Source: Phaeosaccion multiseriatum (taxonomy: Eukaryota > Protista > Ochrophyta, other classes). From it: DNA of 64,000 nucleotides. Below are positions 59,312 to 64,000 of the stretch, in pieces (the first letter of the stretch is position 1; the number at the start of each line of letters is the position of its first letter). The DNA lies in assembly GCA_965112735.1 (NCBI GenBank), contig OZ218961.1, positions 2,356,001-2,420,000 on the forward strand, in the 5' to 3' direction. The translations under genes were made by a program, and so were the position numbers. The notes under the pieces were generated by a model. The model was given only the letters and a program-made list of their open reading frames with translations, was not told where the DNA came from and did not search any database.

Positions 59312-59881
59312 GAGGAGGAGGGGGAGGAGGAGGAGGAGGAGGAAAGAGGTGAAGAGGGGAGGGTAAGGGACCAGCGTGGCGGGAGAGAAGAAGGGGAAGA
59401 CAAGCGATACAGGGAAAGAGGCGAGGAGGAGGTGTTTAGCACTCGGATGAGCGCAAGGAGCAGGAGCAACAACACGGGTCGGTCCTCCGATGGCACGCTT
59501 GTGACAAAAAAGGAGCCGGACAGTAGAGCCGGCACCAGTAGCAGCAACAGCAGTAGCAGTAGTAGTAGTAGTAGTATTAGCAGCAGCAGCAGCAGCAGGA
59601 GTAGCGGCAAGGCGGGACGTCAACGAGAGGAGATGCCGTCGCCAGCAGCTGCGTATTCCTCTTCTTCCTCTTCTTGCCCAGGCGGCTCAGGGTGGAGTAG
59701 GAGGCGTCACCGTGCCCACCAGAGGTGCAGCCAGTGCCATAGCGCCGCTCATGGCGACAGTAGGCCCGAGGACCTGGTACGACTGCCACAGGAGAGGCAT
59801 CTAAAGCAGTTGCTCATACGGGGGGACAATGTGGTGATGGTGTGGGAAGCGGCCAATGGAGTCTCCAGGGCACCCACATGA
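57476..59881 (+). CDS. LSM11: LSM11-like Sm-fold protein (U7 snRNP-specific type); exons 57476-58539 and 59083-59881
   Basis: Sm1 GPLKLLLRCLKEKRRVSVMIRRINSIRGVCTGLLVAFDHHVNVVLADATE and Sm2 RHLKQLLIRGDNVVMV are separated by a long insert. The N-terminal FDSPHFDPLRCL resembles the Lsm11 FDPLxAL motif. Confidence 0.75.
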
Positions 59882-60723
59882 GTTGAGTACACATGAGCTA
59901 CTTGCACAATACAATGATGAGGGGGCGATTGTGTGAACCAAGACGGCAGATGCTCACACGCGGTTGAGGGACTTAAAATGGAAGAGATAACATTCGTATG
60001 CTTTTCAAGTCTCTTGTGTCCTACCACAAAATAAATGTTTGTTGGGGGCTCGCGCGACACAGGAGAAAAACTTTCCCTCATCATCCGGCGGCTTGTCACC
60101 TTCCACACCACTCACTGCAGCATCACAGTCGAGATCCTCGAATGATGCTCTCCCGCCGGATCGCTTTGTTCTTCGACTCGGGTCCTCCCTTCATCAGCAA
60201 TCAAAGTGATGTGGAGAGTGTCAAGGCGTTGGCTCTCCCTCACTCACCACGGACAAAGGAGGACTTGCCTCCACTTCCGTCCTCAAAGGTGAGCCTCGTC
60301 TTGTTTTGTGTATGTTGCAGGCCCCGTCCGGCACCACCCCAACTAACGCCAGCCTCTTCGATCGATGTCCTGCCAAAGCTCTGAGCGTGAGAATGAAAGC
60401 CCCTGTCCCCGCCCCTTCTTCTGCTGCTGGCGGAGGAGGTGCCACACACACACACACGGCCAGGCTGGGAGCCCCTGAATAACCAAGAAACAGAGGTGTG
60501 ACGGAGCAGTGAGGTGGGGTTGTGGTGCTCCTCAGCACACTACAGCCTTGGAACGGAGACGATCACGACCCGCCGACCAAGCGTTTCATGATACCGGGCA
60601 GGAGTCCTCTGCTTCGCTCCTCGACAATCGCCCCATTTCCTCTCTGGAAATGGTCCCATTCCAAGAGCCCGCAGCGCCACGCACGGAGAAGAGGTGTCTC
60701 CACCACCCAGCCGTCTCTCTCTC

Positions 60724-61160
60724 TCATGACTTCTTCTTCTCGTCCGAGGCCACAGCCAGTCGCGCTGCCTTCGACCGCATGACTAGCCCCCACACTAGAC
60801 ACAGAGGGAAGGGCGTGAAGATAAGCCACGAACCCTCCAGCTGCTCACAATCAGGAAAGGTCTGCATCACAGAGAGGGGAGGGAGAGGGCGGGGGGGACG
60901 AATTTAGACTTTTCTTCTCCTCCCTCACCCCCCCCCTCCTTCCTCCAGACCTTTCGATCCTTTCTAAGTTAAGGTCACGTTTACTTCTCCAGCTATTCCT
61001 ATCCCTACCCGTTCTTCCTTCCTCTCTCTCCTCCCGACCCTCTTTTCTTGCTTACCCTTTCCGACACCACCAGCCCGAGAAGAATGAGGGAGCAGACGGC
61101 GTACCCGATGCACACAAAGTCGTAGCTGACGTCGGACGAGGGCTTGTAAAGGAGAGACAT
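60724..61160 (-). CDS. 80-aa two-TM small membrane protein with a C-terminal KKKS ER-retrieval-like signal; exons 61160-61056 and 60861-60724
   Basis: The spliced product is MSLLYKPSSDVSYDFVCIGYAVCSLILLGLVVSER|TFPDCEQLEGSWLIFTPFPLCLVWGLVMRSKAARLAVASDEKKKS*, joined by a phase-0 GTAAGC...CAG intron. Confidence 0.65.
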
Positions 61161-61434
61161 CGCAAACCTCCTCTTGAGAGAGGAAGGTATCAAGGACGAT
61201 GCCGGGAACTGAATTGCAGTTCCAGTTGTTGTGGTGGGGGCGTTGAGCGACACGCGATCAACCGAGTGTTTGCGAGGGCACGGAGGGCCTTGTTATGCAA
61301 CCAATTGTCGATGATCTGTGGCTCATGTAAGAAGCGACAGAAGCGAGCCCAGAGAGCAGTCGTAGACGGGATCCAGAGCCTATGAGACGGCCGACAACTA
61401 CTCCACCGATCAACGCGATCGTTGCAGGCCGAAG
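61161..61434. promoter_or_regulatory. Putative bidirectional promoter between the small membrane protein and CAMTA-like genes
   Basis: Divergent ATGs at 61160 (-) and 61435 (+). Confidence 0.4.
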
Positions 61435-62393
61435 ATGGAGGTAGGAGAGAAAGACGGCGGTACTGAGCTGCTACGAGCGCGCTTCCGACTAGTGGCGCAA
61501 TGTCGACGGTTGCGTGGGGACGAGATTGTGGACATTTTGCATCGGATGGGCGCGTACGGGTTGACTATCCAAGAGGCAGCTGTGCAGCAGCCGCAGAACG
61601 GCATTGTCTTGATTTGCCACAAGGACAAACTCAACCTGATTAAGCACGATGGGATTTGCTGGGTCAAGAAACCAGGGACGAAGAAGGTAGGTTGGAGATG
61701 GAGGAAGGAGAGGAGAAGAGGAAGGCGAAGAAGAAGATGGGGACGACGGAGAGGAGCTTCACCCTTACGTTTGATGCTGCTCCTCGCCTCTCTCTCTTTG
61801 TGGGCACGCATAACGACTCGTCTCGAATGATTGCGATGCCACGGTTACCTTCTGTGTGTTTCACATCTCGCCAACTCAACACACAACCGCTGCAGGTGAG
61901 GGAGGACCACTGCCGCATCAAGCTGGTGGAGCAAACCGGCTATGTGTCCGGCAGCTTTAGCAAGAGCGAGGAGAGACCGACCTTCCAGCGCCTTCGCTAC
62001 ACCTTTGAGGGTCTACAACTCGTCTTGGTGCACTATCTCGACGACGTGGTGTCGCAGGAGATGAAGGCCGGGGGGCCCGCCAGGTACGGTAACTAGGAAG
62101 CAAGGAGAAGGGAAAAGTTCGTGGACGATCGATCGTTATTGAAGTGGCGTCGGAACCCAACCCCCCCCCTTCTCTTCCGCTTCTCACCCCCATTCCCCTC
62201 CCTCCCTTCCTCCCCTCTGTGAACACAGCCAACTCCTCGCCAACTCGCTGGGGGCTCCCTCCCTCGCCTCCCTTCTCTCAGAGAGCCTCAGCAAGCCCAG
62301 GGGTCCTGCCTTCTCGCAACCGCATCAGCCCAAGCCAAAACCCAAGCCCAGGCCCAAACAGCAATCGAAACCGAAGCAGAAGCGCCAGCCTAA

Positions 62394-62427
<34 letters not shown>

Positions 62428-62441
62428 CAGCAGTTGGTGAT

Positions 62442-62483
<42 letters not shown>

Positions 62484-64000
62484 AAACCCGCAAGCCGGAG
62501 GAGAGCCTCGGAATGGTGTGCTGCACGACGGTGTCAACGCTTCGGATTATAGTAAGCATTTTCTGCAGCCTCATGGAGATATGACGGGGGCAGCACCCGC
62601 ATCAACAGCAGCAGCAGGCCTCCCAGTGAGGATAGGTGGTGGAGGAGGAGGAGGAGGAGGAGGAGGAGGAGGAGGGGGAGAGGGAGGGGTAGATGGATTC
62701 TTTCGCACTTTCCCCGATGGGATGATCGAGATGGGAGAGGGTGCGTCTCAGGTCACGAATGGAGACTCTCATCTCTTCGGTGGTGCAGGGGCGGCGCAAC
62801 AGGAGCACCAGCAGCATCAGCAGCTGCAGCAGCAGCAGTTGGTGATACAACAGCAGGAAGGGGTAGTGCAGGAGCTACCGGAGGAGGAGAGGGGGTTGGA
62901 CGATGAGGCGTTGGACATTGACTCCCTCATGCTCTCTCTCTGCGATGACGACATGGATGATGTGGCCTCGCTGCCCAAGGACGAGGAGGAGGAGCGGCAC
63001 CAACACCAGCAAGATGGGCATGGTGGTTACATGGTTGGCGACGACTTTGATGCTGACCTACTCCTCTCTCCCCTGACTCCGGCTATCGCTATGGCGATGA
63101 CGGACCCTCCTCCACAACCTCCTCCTCTCGCCATTTTGGACTTTGCTCCCTCATGGGATGTACCCCAGGGAGGGGCGAAGATGCTGCTTTGTTTAGCGGC
63201 GCCGCTACAGGTAAGCAACCGTCGTTCGCTCGTTCGTTTTCGTTCGATTTCCTGTGATCCTCCTTCCTCCCTCGGCCTGATCTATCCTTCTATGAATGCT
63301 CTCTCTGTCTCTCTCTGCTGTGTCCACTAGTTGTATGAGTCAGAAGCCAAAGTTAACAAAGTCTCCACTCCCACTTACCCTGCTGCCCGTATGCCCATAT
63401 GACCCCACCTTGTGGATGGACGTCATGACCACCCTGATCATGACCGACTACCCTGTGATGCCTCATACAACCAACAGGAGGGGTGCGCTGAAGTATTTGT
63501 TTTGTTTGGAGAGAACGCCGTGTCCGCTGAGGTGCTGGGCCCTGCGGTGCTGCGATGTGTAGTACCAACTTCCTCCCACCCCAGCAGCACCAGCACCAGC
63601 ATGAGTACCGGCATTAACAGCGGGGGTGGTACAACAGAGGGCACCAGCCAAGCGCAGCAGCTGCACCAGCAGGAAAACACTTCGCCGTCGGCACAAAGTG
63701 GGAGGGGCGGAAAGGGGAAGGCGAAGGGCAAGGGACGCAGCAGCAGAGGGAGGGTGTCACAGTTGGCGGGCAAGACGCCAAGTAGCGGTACCACTGCTGC
63801 TCATCGTGTGCGCTTAAGGCTGTCTCTCAGGTCCGTCCCCTCCTCCTCCTCCTCCTCCTCTGCACTCGCCGCGCCACCCCCTGCGCCGCCGGCATTTGCT
63901 GCCATCGGCTTCCCGGTCCAAGACGACAAGCCGCGGGGTGAAGTGCGCGATACTAGCGGCGAATTACAAAGAGACAATGACAATGCATCATCAGCATCGG
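61435..64000 (+). CDS. CAMTA-like protein (CG-1 DNA-binding domain + TIG/IPT), 3' part outside the window
   Basis: CG-1-like RRLRGDEIVDIL...KHDGICWVKKPGTKKVREDHCRIKL...PTFQRLRY...LVLVHYL; TIG-like ILDFAPSWDVPQGGAKMLLC...FGENAVSAEVLGPAVLRCVVP. Confidence 0.8.

Noticed and set aside
1-64000. tRNA, rRNA or snRNA genes
   Set aside because: None were recognisable by eye. A covariance-model scan (tRNAscan-SE/Infernal) would be needed to exclude them.

Overview
GC-rich, intron-rich eukaryotic DNA, probably from a stramenopile alga (inferred from gene types, not proven). Almost every intron is filled with microsatellites, so most long ORFs in the track are repeat artefacts. Genes supported by manual exon reading: a hypothetical protein (127-4829), gamma-glutamyl hydrolase, a large IQ/WW protein, cytosolic-type aspartyl-tRNA synthetase with a WHEP domain, a full-length ABCA transporter, a DenD-like SDR, an LSM11-like protein, an 80-aa two-TM protein whose second exon the ORF track missed, and the 5' part of a CAMTA-like gene. 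Two signals stand out. (1) 15.7-28.6 kb is a head-to-tail array of four ~2.2-kb units. Each carries an intronless F-box-like/ankyrin-like repeat gene transcribed towards its own telomere-like (TCAGGG)n tract. The proteins keep a constant framework but are hypervariable and mosaic at periodic positions, which suggests a diversifying receptor cassette system. A decayed piggyBac-like element interrupts the array. (2) The 11-mer GTTGGTGATAC occurs exactly at least 12 times, plus at least 7 one-mismatch copies. It sits on both strands, in four different coding contexts and in introns, and I found none in the array or the transposon. All assignments come from reading motifs by eye; no searches were run.
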